In this document: positions 1-7,326 of the stretch, one piece after another | Layout of the letters: the number at the start of each line of letters is the position of its first letter | Position numbering within the stretch: the first letter of the stretch is position 1 | Origin: an uncultured Clostridia bacterium | GTDB taxonomy: Bacteria; Bacillota; Clostridia; Christensenellales; UBA1242 | Length of the DNA stretch: 57,973 nucleotides | Direction of reading: 5' to 3' | Assembly (NCBI GenBank): GCA_944377435.1 | Contig: CALWEY010000088.1 | Span: forward strand, 1-57,973 | Notes under the pieces: generated by a model | The model's input: the letters and a program-made list of their open reading frames with translations, nothing else | Database searches by the model: none | What the model was told of the DNA's origin: nothing | Made by a program: the position numbers and the translations under genes

Positions 1-2
1 TT

Positions 3-302
3 GATGATTTACCTGAAGAATGGGGCTGGGTAAAAGACATTGTTAATGCTGTTGACACACTTTTGTATCCACTCTTAATAGTTGTTGGTGCTTTTGGTAT
101 GATCTATGCAGTTGTTATTGGTGTCAACATGGCAAGAGCTGATTCTACTGAAAAGAGAGAAGAAGCAAAAAAGAGACTTATAAATGTTGTTGTTGGTCTT
201 GCAATCATTATAGCACTTATATTGTTCTTTAAATTATTTATCAATCAAATTTTACCAGCTTTTGTTTCTCCTGTTGATCCTGAATCAGGAACAGGCGCTT
301 AA
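3..302 (+). CDS. 3' end of a small two-TM membrane protein with TrbC/VirB2 (conjugative pilin)-like topology; the 5' end lies outside the window
   Basis: The frame is open from nt 3 (DDLPEEWGWVKDIVNAVDTL...) with no stop upstream of the tracked TTG at 63, so the ORF is 5'-truncated. It has two hydrophobic helices separated by a short charged loop (ARADSTEKREEAKKRL), as in VirB2/TrbC-type pilins. An intrinsic terminator follows. Confidence 0.4.
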   Translation, partial: DDLPEEWGWVKDIVNAVDTLLYPLLIVVGAFGMIYAVVIGVNMARADSTEKREEAKKRLINVVVGLAIIIALILFFKLFINQILPAFVSPVDPESGTGA

Positions 303-313
303 ATTTAACAAAT

Positions 314-343
314 AAAAAAACTCGGAGTTTTCCGAGTTTTTTT
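314..343 (+). terminator. Rho-independent terminator
   Basis: aaaactcgga / tccgagtttt forms a 10-bp stem with a 4-nt loop, followed by a T tract. Confidence 0.75.
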
Positions 344-524
344 ATTTGTGCTTTATATTAAATTTTATTTTTTATTTATTTTAGTTAAATTTTGAGATGT
401 ATAATTTATATATAATAAATAACTCTAATTTATTTATTTTAATAAAAATTCAAAAAACTATGTACAATTTATAAATTATTTGTTATACTAATATCGAATA
501 TATACATTGTGTCAGGAGAAAATA

Positions 525-2756
525 ATGGGTTTTTTAGATAGTTTATTCCTTGTTATTCCACAAGCGTTTTACTGGTTAGTATCAAATGCTTTAATGATGG
601 TTGAGATTTTTCAATTTTTATTTAGAAAACTAGCTGGTTTAGATACATATTATTTAAACGGAGAAAAGATTGAAAAGTCTGGCGACCTTGTTTTGCAAAT
701 TATTCAAAAAACTTTTTTTAGTGGTGAAAATAATGAATATAGCGTAATTGCTGTTACTTTTTGGAGTATAGTGATTTTGGCATCAATTTTACTGTTTGTA
801 ACAACCATTGCTGCAATAATTAAAATTGAATATTCTCCTGCAAAAACAAATCCGGGCGAACCTAAAAGTAAAGGAACAAGCAAAGGTAAAATTGTAGGTA
901 ATTTTTTAAAAGCAATTATATCCTTTGTTGTTGTTCCAATCGCATGTTACTTTGGTTTGTTTTTAGGGAATGCGGTTTTGTTTGCTATTGATTCTGCAAC
1001 AAATGTCACAACCACAAATCTTATTAGTGTAGATAGTAGCATATACAATAAAATAGAAAGTGAAAATGATACATATATATTTAATATATTTTTTGGCGAA
1101 ATTATTCCTGCAAATACAACACCGTTAGCGGGGCTTGCCAATAGAGTCGCATTGTATAGCGCAAATAGAGCAAGAAATGATAAAAATTACTACGAAACGG
1201 TTATTTTATATGAAGAAAGTGCAGACGGGACGACAACAAATTTTGAAATCTTCAATATTCCGGATAATCAAGATGATGCAGCGGATTTAATAGATACAAT
1301 GTTTTTGATGAACGCAAAATTAAAAACACCTGAAACACTAGATGTAAGTAAAGCACCAACTTCAAGTTTTGCTTGGGGGACTCCAACATCTCAAATAGAG
1401 TACTTTGATAGATATAATATAGGACTTGTTAACTACTACTATGATTTATGGAAATATAATTTCATAGTTGCAATATTCTTTGTTTGGGTATTGGCAAAAA
1501 CAATGATAACATTCACTTTTGGCTTAATAACTCGTATTTTTAGTTTATTAGCACTTTTGATGGTTGGACCACTTGTAATGTCTATGATGCCAATTGATGG
1601 CGGTTCGGGGTTATCTTCATGGAGCAAAAGTTTTGTTGAAAAAGCAATAAGTGCTTATACAGCAGTATTCTCAATGAATATCTTGTTTATGATAATTCCA
1701 ATATTCCAAACCTTTGGAATGTTTGGTGATAGCTATTATGGTGGATTCCCAGATTTAATTGTTCAAATGATTCTAATAGGAGCAGGTCTTTTAGCTGTTG
1801 CAAAAGTTGATGAAATTGTTGCAAAATCATTACATTCAGGATCTATTTATAAAGATGGCGGTGATTTAAGTAAGCAAGTTCATGACACTTACTGGAAACC
1901 TATAAAAAATGCCGGGAAATCAGTTGCTGATTTTGCTATTGGTGCTGGCATGGCCGCTGCAACAGGTGGAGCATCGCTAGTTGGCTCTGGTGGATCAATG
2001 GCAAGTAGACTAGGTGGGATGGTCGGCTCAAAATTTTCACATAAAGGCAATAAAGGTGATAATGACAATACGGGCAATAAAGAAAATAAAACAGATGTAA
2101 AGCAAAAAGAGGATACACTGAGTAGAAGAGATAGGCGAGATATTGCAACCGTAACAAGATCTAATGACCAAATGGAAATAGATGCATTGAATAGTGTAGA
2201 AAAAGATATTGGTAAGGAATACGATAAGAATTATAAAGCTCAAACCAATAACGCATATCAATCATATGTTTCTCATGGTGGAGAGATGTCGGCAAAAGAT
2301 TTTGCTTCAAGCACTTCTGTTGGTACATATATTGATGCAAATAGTCAATGGAACAGTTTAGGCGCTACAGGGCAATCATCTTATAAAGATAAGGACGATT
2401 TCTTTAAGGAATATTTTGACAAGAACAATAAGGATGGCAAGGTAGATTTTGATTCATGGAAAAAGTCTGGACAAGAAAAAATGCAAAAAGATAAAGGCTT
2501 GTCTGGTGGAAATGCAATCACTGAAAGTGATATTCAAAAATCCATGGGTGATAAGAATGCTTACATTTCTAAACGAAGAAATGAAATATATCAACAAGTT
2601 CAACAAAAAGTTGCAAATTCTGATGATGAAATCGCTCAAAAAGCAATAAAAAATTTAGAAAAAGAAACTCAAAAAAAGATTGATGCTGGACTTCGACTTG
2701 TAAAAAGAAAGAAAGAAAAAGAAGTGGAAAATTTTAAAAAGATAGTTTCTGAATGA
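525..2756 (+). CDS. Polytopic membrane protein (6 or more TM helices, one large extracytoplasmic loop) with a Gly-rich segment and a roughly 250-aa K/D/E/N-rich disordered tail; VirB6/TrbL-like candidate
   Basis: The ATG at 525 lies 6 nt after AGGAG (514-518), and I prefer it to the tracked TTG at 507. The N-terminal 480 aa hold multiple long hydrophobic segments. The C-terminus is low-complexity and charged. The functional call rests only on architecture and the pilin-like neighbour. Confidence 0.35.
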   Translation: MGFLDSLFLVIPQAFYWLVSNALMMVEIFQFLFRKLAGLDTYYLNGEKIEKSGDLVLQIIQKTFFSGENNEYSVIAVTFWSIVILASILLFVTTIAAIIKIEYSPAKTNPGEPKSKGTSKGKIVGNFLKAIISFVVVPIACYFGLFLGNAVLFAIDSATNVTTTNLISVDSSIYNKIESENDTYIFNIFFGEIIPANTTPLAGLANRVALYSANRARNDKNYYETVILYEESADGTTTNFEIFNIPDNQDDAADLIDTMFLMNAKLKTPETLDVSKAPTSSFAWGTPTSQIEYFDRYNIGLVNYYYDLWKYNFIVAIFFVWVLAKTMITFTFGLITRIFSLLALLMVGPLVMSMMPIDGGSGLSSWSKSFVEKAISAYTAVFSMNILFMIIPIFQTFGMFGDSYYGGFPDLIVQMILIGAGLLAVAKVDEIVAKSLHSGSIYKDGGDLSKQVHDTYWKPIKNAGKSVADFAIGAGMAAATGGASLVGSGGSMASRLGGMVGSKFSHKGNKGDNDNTGNKENKTDVKQKEDTLSRRDRRDIATVTRSNDQMEIDALNSVEKDIGKEYDKNYKAQTNNAYQSYVSHGGEMSAKDFASSTSVGTYIDANSQWNSLGATGQSSYKDKDDFFKEYFDKNNKDGKVDFDSWKKSGQEKMQKDKGLSGGNAITESDIQKSMGDKNAYISKRRNEIYQQVQQKVANSDDEIAQKAIKNLEKETQKKIDAGLRLVKRKKEKEVENFKKIVSE

Positions 2757-2904
2757 TAAAAAGAATAGAATTTAACTTTTTATAACTAAATTGAAAAATG
2801 TTGTATATGGTTGTTATTGGTAAACCTAAGTTGAAAAATATTAAAATATTTTGATTTGGTTGATAATACTCAAAAAAATAAGTATTATAAAATAAAGTTA
2901 AACG

Positions 2905-2941
2905 AAAGTCACCGACATTTAAATGTTGGTGACTTTTTTTA
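2905..2941. terminator. Intrinsic terminator between convergent genes
   Basis: aaagtcaccgacat / atgttggtgacttt forms a 14-bp stem with one G-U pair and a 4-nt loop. The T7 tract lies on the + strand. Confidence 0.75.
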
Positions 2942-2959
2942 TTTAACATAAAAACAATT

Positions 2960-3658
2960 TTAATAAACGCTATAAAACAACTCATTTAATTTTTCGTGTT
3001 GTTTAGCTATCATAACTTGTTTTGGAGTTATTGTTTGATTTTGTTTTAAAATAAGTTCATTATTTTTTCCTACAATGTCTTTTGTAAGGCGCTTTCCGAG
3101 TAAAATATCACTGTTAACTGTTATTTTGGGTGGCATAAGAGATACTTGTGGAGATTTAACATCTTCCATTTTCATTATACTAACAGTTAAATTGTTTAAT
3201 AGTTCTTCATTTTGCTTTGATTTTTTAGGCTTAAAATTTTGCATTTTTGCATTTTCTGCAACGATTATGGAATGAGAAATGTGCATTATTTTGTCCATAG
3301 AAAATTTTTGTTTATTTGTAATAAAAAATTTTACCATGTAGTTATCGTCTATTTCAATATCGCTTAAAAAATCATAATCTTGTCCATTTATTCCAACAAC
3401 TTGCTTTCCAAGGGGAGATAAAGGTTTGTCCAATAAAAAGTTGTTTGTAATTTTTGAAGCATTTTTTATGGTTATATAATCATTTAGACCAAAAATATTC
3501 TGAGTTTTTAAGTAATATTCATTTTCGTCTTGGTCAAAAAAATAAAAACCTAAAACTTTTTTATATTTGTCATCAAAAGCGACATCGTGCACAGTGCCTA
3601 AAAATTTTGCATCATATATAACAAAAACTTGTTTTCCAATTATTTCAGATAGTTTCAT
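2960..3658 (-). CDS. PRC-barrel domain protein (YlmC/YmxH-like N-terminus)
   Basis: The N-terminus MKLSEIIGKQVFVIYDAKFLGTVHDVAFDDKYKKVLGFYF fits the PRC-barrel pattern (l..GK.V....g..lG.v.Dv.fD....v.g). A second similar segment follows. Confidence 0.55.
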   Translation of the reverse strand: MKLSEIIGKQVFVIYDAKFLGTVHDVAFDDKYKKVLGFYFFDQDENEYYLKTQNIFGLNDYITIKNASKITNNFLLDKPLSPLGKQVVGINGQDYDFLSDIEIDDNYMVKFFITNKQKFSMDKIMHISHSIIVAENAKMQNFKPKKSKQNEELLNNLTVSIMKMEDVKSPQVSLMPPKITVNSDILLGKRLTKDIVGKNNELILKQNQTITPKQVMIAKQHEKLNELFYSVY

Positions 3659-3744
3659 TTTTCCTCCTAAAATAATTTATTAAACATAAAACAATATTAT
3701 TCATGTTTGCATAATTTAGTTAAATATGATATACTCCAATAGAA

Positions 3745-4773
3745 ATGGGAATTTTTAAAAGCTTTAAAAATTTGTTTTCAAATGACATAACACCCACAGA
3801 AAATAGTTTAAGTGGGCTTGTTTGTCCATATGCTTTAAAACATTCAAAAATAAAAATAAATTCAAAGGTAAAAGTTCCAAGGGGTTATGTTTTTGTTATA
3901 GGGCATAACGGAAAAGCACTTGACCATTTTGGGGAAGGCGAATATTATTTATCGCCGGCAACACTTCCTTTGTGTTGCAAAAGACTAAAAATTCACAGAA
4001 CTGACAAAAATAATAATATAAAAAAATCTTTTAAGGCAGAAGCTTATTTTGTAAATATAAACGATTATGAATTGTATTTTAAAACACAAGAAAAAGCAGA
4101 ACTTGGAAGGCGTGCAACTGGTATTTTTAAAGTTGGACTAAGTGCAACTTTAAAGTTTAAAGTTGTTGATGCAAAAAAACTTATGGACGCATTATTAAAC
4201 GAGTATTCATATTTAAAACAAGGTGAAGCAGAAAAAATTGTCGTTTCGTATATGTCAGATTTTGTTGTTGCAATACTTAATAAATACAATTTTGCATTAT
4301 CGGAATTTATATATTCAAATTCAATAATTGAAGAAAATTTAGTGGGTGAATTATCTCAAAAATTATCAAAATTGGGTATTATGCTTTTGCAAATTGATGA
4401 AATTAAATATTTATTGCCAAAAAAATATCAAAAAGAGTATGAAAACAACATAAAAATAAAAGAACAAGATAAAAAAGAAGATGCTGACGATAATATTGAA
4501 AAAAACTCAACATCAAAGGACCAAGAATATGTGCCCTTTGGAAATATAGTAATTGAAGAGATTTCAAAAGACGATATATTAATAAACAGTTCTAATCAAA
4601 TTGAAGAGGTTGACGAAAAACAAGAAAATGAAGCAAAAGAACAAGAATTTGTTGACCTTAATTTAGATAATTTGTATAAACAAGATAAAAAAGGAAAAGA
4701 ATGTAAATTGTGTGGATACATAAATACAGAAAATGCCACCATATGCGAAATATGTAAAAATAAATTAGATTAA
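3745..4773 (+). CDS. SPFH-fold, YdjI-like protein with an acidic linker and a C-terminal CxxC...CxxC zinc ribbon
   Basis: The N-terminal 230 aa resemble the YdjI/COG4260 'virion core protein-like' SPFH family. The C-terminus is CKLCGYINTENATICEICKNKL. Confidence 0.45.
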   Translation: MGIFKSFKNLFSNDITPTENSLSGLVCPYALKHSKIKINSKVKVPRGYVFVIGHNGKALDHFGEGEYYLSPATLPLCCKRLKIHRTDKNNNIKKSFKAEAYFVNINDYELYFKTQEKAELGRRATGIFKVGLSATLKFKVVDAKKLMDALLNEYSYLKQGEAEKIVVSYMSDFVVAILNKYNFALSEFIYSNSIIEENLVGELSQKLSKLGIMLLQIDEIKYLLPKKYQKEYENNIKIKEQDKKEDADDNIEKNSTSKDQEYVPFGNIVIEEISKDDILINSSNQIEEVDEKQENEAKEQEFVDLNLDNLYKQDKKGKECKLCGYINTENATICEICKNKLD

Positions 4774-4785
4774 AAAGGAGATATT

Positions 4786-4983
4786 ATGAACGAAATAACT
4801 AAAGAATGGACACTTGGAGAAGTTATACAAGAAAATGAAGATCTTGCAGATGTACTAATGGGTTTTGGAATGCATTGTTTTAGTTGTCCATTAAGTCAAA
4901 TGGAAACATTAGAAGAAGCAGCCGAAGTCCATGGTGTAGATATAGATTTTTTACTAAAAAAACTAAATGAAGAAAATAAATAA
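4786..4983 (+). CDS. DUF1858 / hybrid-cluster-protein-associated redox disulfide domain protein
   Basis: TLGEVIQENEDLADVLMGFGMHCFSCPLSQMETLEEAAEVHGVDIDFLLKKLNE matches the family signature (GMHC.gCP.sqmEtLEEA...HG.D). A GGAG RBS lies upstream. Confidence 0.8.
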   Translation: MNEITKEWTLGEVIQENEDLADVLMGFGMHCFSCPLSQMETLEEAAEVHGVDIDFLLKKLNEENK

Positions 4984-5010
4984 GACATCGACGATGTCTT
5001 GTTTGTTGTT
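4982..5010 (+). terminator. Probable intrinsic terminator
   Basis: aagacat-cgacg-atgtctt hairpin followed by gtttgttgtt. Confidence 0.5.
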
Positions 5011-5419
5011 ATTTATATTAAAATACAAAAACTTTAGACTGTTAAAAAATAAGTGAGGTGAGACTTGCAAATTGTTTAAAATCAAGAGTTAAGTTTTTAA
5101 ATGACTGATTTTATACGAATTGCAGTAAAGAATGCAAAAATTTATCTTAAATTTTTAGATCGCGCAGTTTTTCGACAGTTTAAAGTTTTATTTTGTGTTT
5201 AATCTTTCGGAAATTATGGTTAAAAGATTATTGGATACGGCAAGAAAAAAAGACCTATAAGTTTGGAGCTCCTTAACTGTACATTTTTTTGAAAGTTCAA
5301 CACTGTAAAGTGTTGCCAAGGAAGTGAGTTCCTCGGGGGATAAATCTTTCATATATTATATTTATGATTAAAGTTGCAAATAAAGTGAATTGTTTGATAT
5401 ACTACCCTTAGGTGATCAA

Positions 5420-6010
5420 ATGGAAAATAATGAAAATAAAAATAAATTTATTGAACTTATAAAAAATAATATAAAACGAGAGGGAATTGATAATCTTGTA
5501 GATTGGCTTAATAAAACTGATTTCTTTACTGCACCTGCATCTACTAGATATCATTCGAACATTGAAGGTGGACTATTAGAACATACATTAAATGTTTATA
5601 ATAGGTTTTTAAAAATTCTTGAATGTGAATATGGTGAAAATTGGCAAAAGTATTGTTCGCTCGAAAGTGCAACAATAATTGCACTATTTCATGATTTATG
5701 TAAAGTTGACACATATTCAACAGAATTTAGAAATGTTAAAGAAAATGGTGCATGGGTGCAAAAACCTTACTATGTTGTAAACGATAAACTTCCTTATGGA
5801 CACGGAGAAAAATCGGTGTATATTGTAAATGGATTTATTCGACTCACTCGTGAAGAAGCTATGTGCATAAATTGGCATATGGGCGAATATGATATGCGTG
5901 CAAAAGCAGGGGTTAGTTTAACCGATGTTTACTACAAATATCCACTTGCACTTTTGTTCCATTTAGCAGATGTAGAGGCGACATATTTAGATGAAAAAAT
6001 AACCAAATAA
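5420..6010 (+). CDS. HD-superfamily metal-dependent phosphohydrolase (similar to the YhaM C-terminal domain)
   Basis: Motifs seen: STRYHSNIEGGLLEHTL, ALFHDLCKV, YGHGEKS and the HLADVEA histidine/aspartate set. The ATG at 5420 follows AGGTGA (5409-5414), and I prefer it to the tracked TTG at 5390. Confidence 0.6.
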   Translation: MENNENKNKFIELIKNNIKREGIDNLVDWLNKTDFFTAPASTRYHSNIEGGLLEHTLNVYNRFLKILECEYGENWQKYCSLESATIIALFHDLCKVDTYSTEFRNVKENGAWVQKPYYVVNDKLPYGHGEKSVYIVNGFIRLTREEAMCINWHMGEYDMRAKAGVSLTDVYYKYPLALLFHLADVEATYLDEKITK

Positions 6011-6139
6011 AAAAACTTACAAAAAACTTCGCAATACTTCGTTTACTGTGAAACGAACACACACAGTCATGTACGAAGTACACTCCTGCGAGTGTTCATT
6101 TCCCGAGCTTTGTCTTGCTGGTTTTTTGTAAGTTTTTTT
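6011..6139. repeat. Structured intergenic repeat, unit 1: a 90-nt core (6031-6120) enclosed by 17-bp perfect inverted repeats
   Basis: aaaaacttacaaaaaac (6011-6027) pairs with gttttttgtaagttttt (6121-6137). The core shares gcaatacttcgtttactg, cacagtcat, actcctgcg and tgtcttgctg with unit 2. Confidence 0.7.
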
Positions 6140-6165
6140 ATACAACTTTAACTTATTTGCTTTTT

Positions 6166-6296
6166 ATTGGCTTAAAAACAACTTATTTAAAAATTTTGCA
6201 ATACTTCGTTTACTGCATAATTTACCACACAGTCATTTAAATAACTAAACTCCTGCGTGGATAAATTATGTGAGCCGTGTCTTGCTGATGTAACAT
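6166..6296. repeat. Structured intergenic repeat, unit 2 (core 6198-6287, also 90 nt)
   Basis: It has the same conserved blocks as unit 1. Its internal 12-bp stem (cataatttaccac / gtggataaattatg) has a completely different sequence from the unit-1 stem (gaaacgaacac / gtgttcatttc) at the same position. Confidence 0.7.
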
Positions 6297-6360
6297 ATTG
6301 GCTTTAAAACCAGTTATTTGAAAATGTTGAAATACTTCGTTTGTTGTGAATTATTTACAG
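6297..6360. repeat. Structured intergenic repeat, unit 3 (5' part only, degenerate)
   Basis: attggctttaaaaccagttatttgaaaatgttgaaatacttcgtttgttg aligns with the start of unit 2 (attggcttaaaaacaacttatttaaaaattttgcaatacttcgtttactg), giving a period of 131 nt. Confidence 0.55.
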
Positions 6361-6370
6361 AATTTTACAT

Positions 6371-6403
6371 AAAAAAATAAAACCAGCACGGTTTTATTTT
6401 TTT
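6371..6403. terminator. Weak A/T-rich bidirectional terminator overlapping the dnaI stop codon
   Basis: ataaaacc-agcac-ggttttat hairpin flanked by an A7 run and a T run. Confidence 0.35.
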
Positions 6404-7317
6404 ATTAGTCTTAAATCTTTATTTTCAATATTTAAGCAAAGAGAGTTTGATTTATTTAAAAGTCTAGAAAAAATACGCTCTCCATATGTTTTTTGAATAT
6501 CTTCTGGATTTAAGTTTGTTGAAATTATAGTTTTTTTGTTATTTTCAACTCTTTCGGCGATTATGTTATATAAACCTTCAACTGTAACATTTTTTAGTAT
6601 TGGTTCAGTGCCGAGATCATCAATAAACAAATAATCGGCATCAATTAAATTTGAAATATAATCTATTTTAGTTTCATCAAAAGTTGTATGATATTTTAAT
6701 AATAATTGATTTAAGTTGAAAGCACTTGTCCAATATACTATATTTTCATTTTTAATTAAACTGTCTGCCATACATTCCATAAGATAAGTTTTTCCCACGC
6801 CTGTTTTTCCCGTTAAAATAATATTCAAATAACTTGAAGTAGGGGAGTTGCACCATTTTTGCATTGTTTGGTAAACTTGTTGCATTTTTTTATCATTATC
6901 AAAAATTTGACAGTTATTTTTATCAAAACAATTTAGTTTATGATTAAGTCCACTTTGTTTATAAAGTTCTTCGTTTATTAAATTTTTTAAACATGAACAC
7001 ATTTTGCCGTTAACATATCCTGTATCATTACATTTTTTACAACTATATTTTGGAGAAAGAGAATCTTCTTTGATATTTAATTTTTTTAAAACTTCACTTT
7101 TTTGCTTTGCTATTTTATCTAGGTTAAAGCTGTTATTTAGCCCGTAAACTTCACATCTTGCAGTTTCAATTTGTGCTTGTTTTTCGAGTTTATAAATTTC
7201 GTTAAATTCATTATTCTTAAGAGCAGATTGCAAGTTGTTATTAGCAATTAAATCGGCATTTTTTTTACTTTGTTTTATTTTTTCTAATGCTTTATTTAAA
7301 ACATTTTTGCTTATCAT
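6394..7317 (-). CDS. dnaI: Primosomal helicase loader DnaI (DnaC/IstB-like AAA+ ATPase with an N-terminal Cys-rich zinc module)
   Basis: Walker A is GKTGVGKTYL and Walker B is LFIDDLGTE. The N-terminal module is CKKCNDTGYVNGKMCSC. At 307 aa it sits directly downstream of a DnaD-domain gene, as in the B. subtilis dnaB-dnaI operon. Confidence 0.7.
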   Translation of the reverse strand: MISKNVLNKALEKIKQSKKNADLIANNNLQSALKNNEFNEIYKLEKQAQIETARCEVYGLNNSFNLDKIAKQKSEVLKKLNIKEDSLSPKYSCKKCNDTGYVNGKMCSCLKNLINEELYKQSGLNHKLNCFDKNNCQIFDNDKKMQQVYQTMQKWCNSPTSSYLNIILTGKTGVGKTYLMECMADSLIKNENIVYWTSAFNLNQLLLKYHTTFDETKIDYISNLIDADYLFIDDLGTEPILKNVTVEGLYNIIAERVENNKKTIISTNLNPEDIQKTYGERIFSRLLNKSNSLCLNIENKDLRLIKK

Positions 7318-7326
7318 ATTTTCTCC

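Noticed and set aside
507-524. Upstream non-ATG or alternative starts given by the ORF track: TTG 507, TTG 5390, TTG 8881, GTG 22000, ATG 22798.
   Set aside because: In each case an in-frame ATG 12-30 nt downstream sits 5-8 nt after a GGAG-type Shine-Dalgarno (525, 5420, 8896, 22027, 22810). The extensions have no RBS and add non-signal residues ahead of signal peptides.
2734-2985. An 83-aa minus-strand ORF spanning the 2757-2959 spacer.
   Set aside because: It runs straight through the terminator hairpin at 2905-2941 and overlaps the ends of both flanking genes. It has no RBS and a hydrophobic, low-complexity sequence.
5027-5340. 6S RNA (5027-5188) or SRP/4.5S RNA (around ccaaggaagtgag, about 5316-5328).
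   Set aside because: Apart from the 14-bp closing stem, I could not pair most of the interior into the extended rod with a central bubble expected of 6S RNA. The GGAA-containing stretch does not reproduce the SRP domain IV consensus or its closing pairs. The region is kept only as an unclassified structured region.
5374-5403. A sigma-A promoter TTGCAA-18-TGaTATACT directly upstream of the HD-domain gene.
   Set aside because: The predicted transcription start (about 5410) would fall inside the gene's Shine-Dalgarno (5409-5414), leaving the ATG at 5420 without an RBS. It may be a chance match in AT-rich DNA or may imply a leaderless or alternative start. It is not supported well enough to list as a feature.
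6031-6120. Small peptide genes on the minus strand of the structured repeats (conserved AGGAG, then 12-13 nt, then ATGACTGTG).
   Set aside because: The reading frames are 17 codons in unit 1 and 4 codons in unit 2, with nothing conserved after M-T-V. The SD-ATG spacing is long. The conservation is better explained at the nucleic-acid level.
6270-6305. Group II intron domain 5-like (GAGCCGUGU...) or hammerhead-like (CUGAUG) strings at the 3' end of repeat unit 2.
   Set aside because: The strings are not conserved in unit 1. The segment does not fold into the 14-bp bulged, GNRA-capped D5 hairpin. There is no intron ORF or other intron domains.
6011-6360. A CRISPR array interpretation of the repeated blocks.
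   Set aside because: The repeat period is about 130 nt. The conserved blocks are multiple and interleaved with self-complementary variable segments, not one 25-40-nt repeat with unique spacers. No cas genes are present in the window.
6394-7317. IS21 IstB helper ATPase or a phage DnaC as the identity of the 307-aa AAA+ protein.
   Set aside because: No IstA transposase, inverted repeats or phage genes are adjacent. It is translationally linked to a 484-aa DnaD-domain protein. The sizes and order match the chromosomal B. subtilis-type dnaB-dnaI operon.
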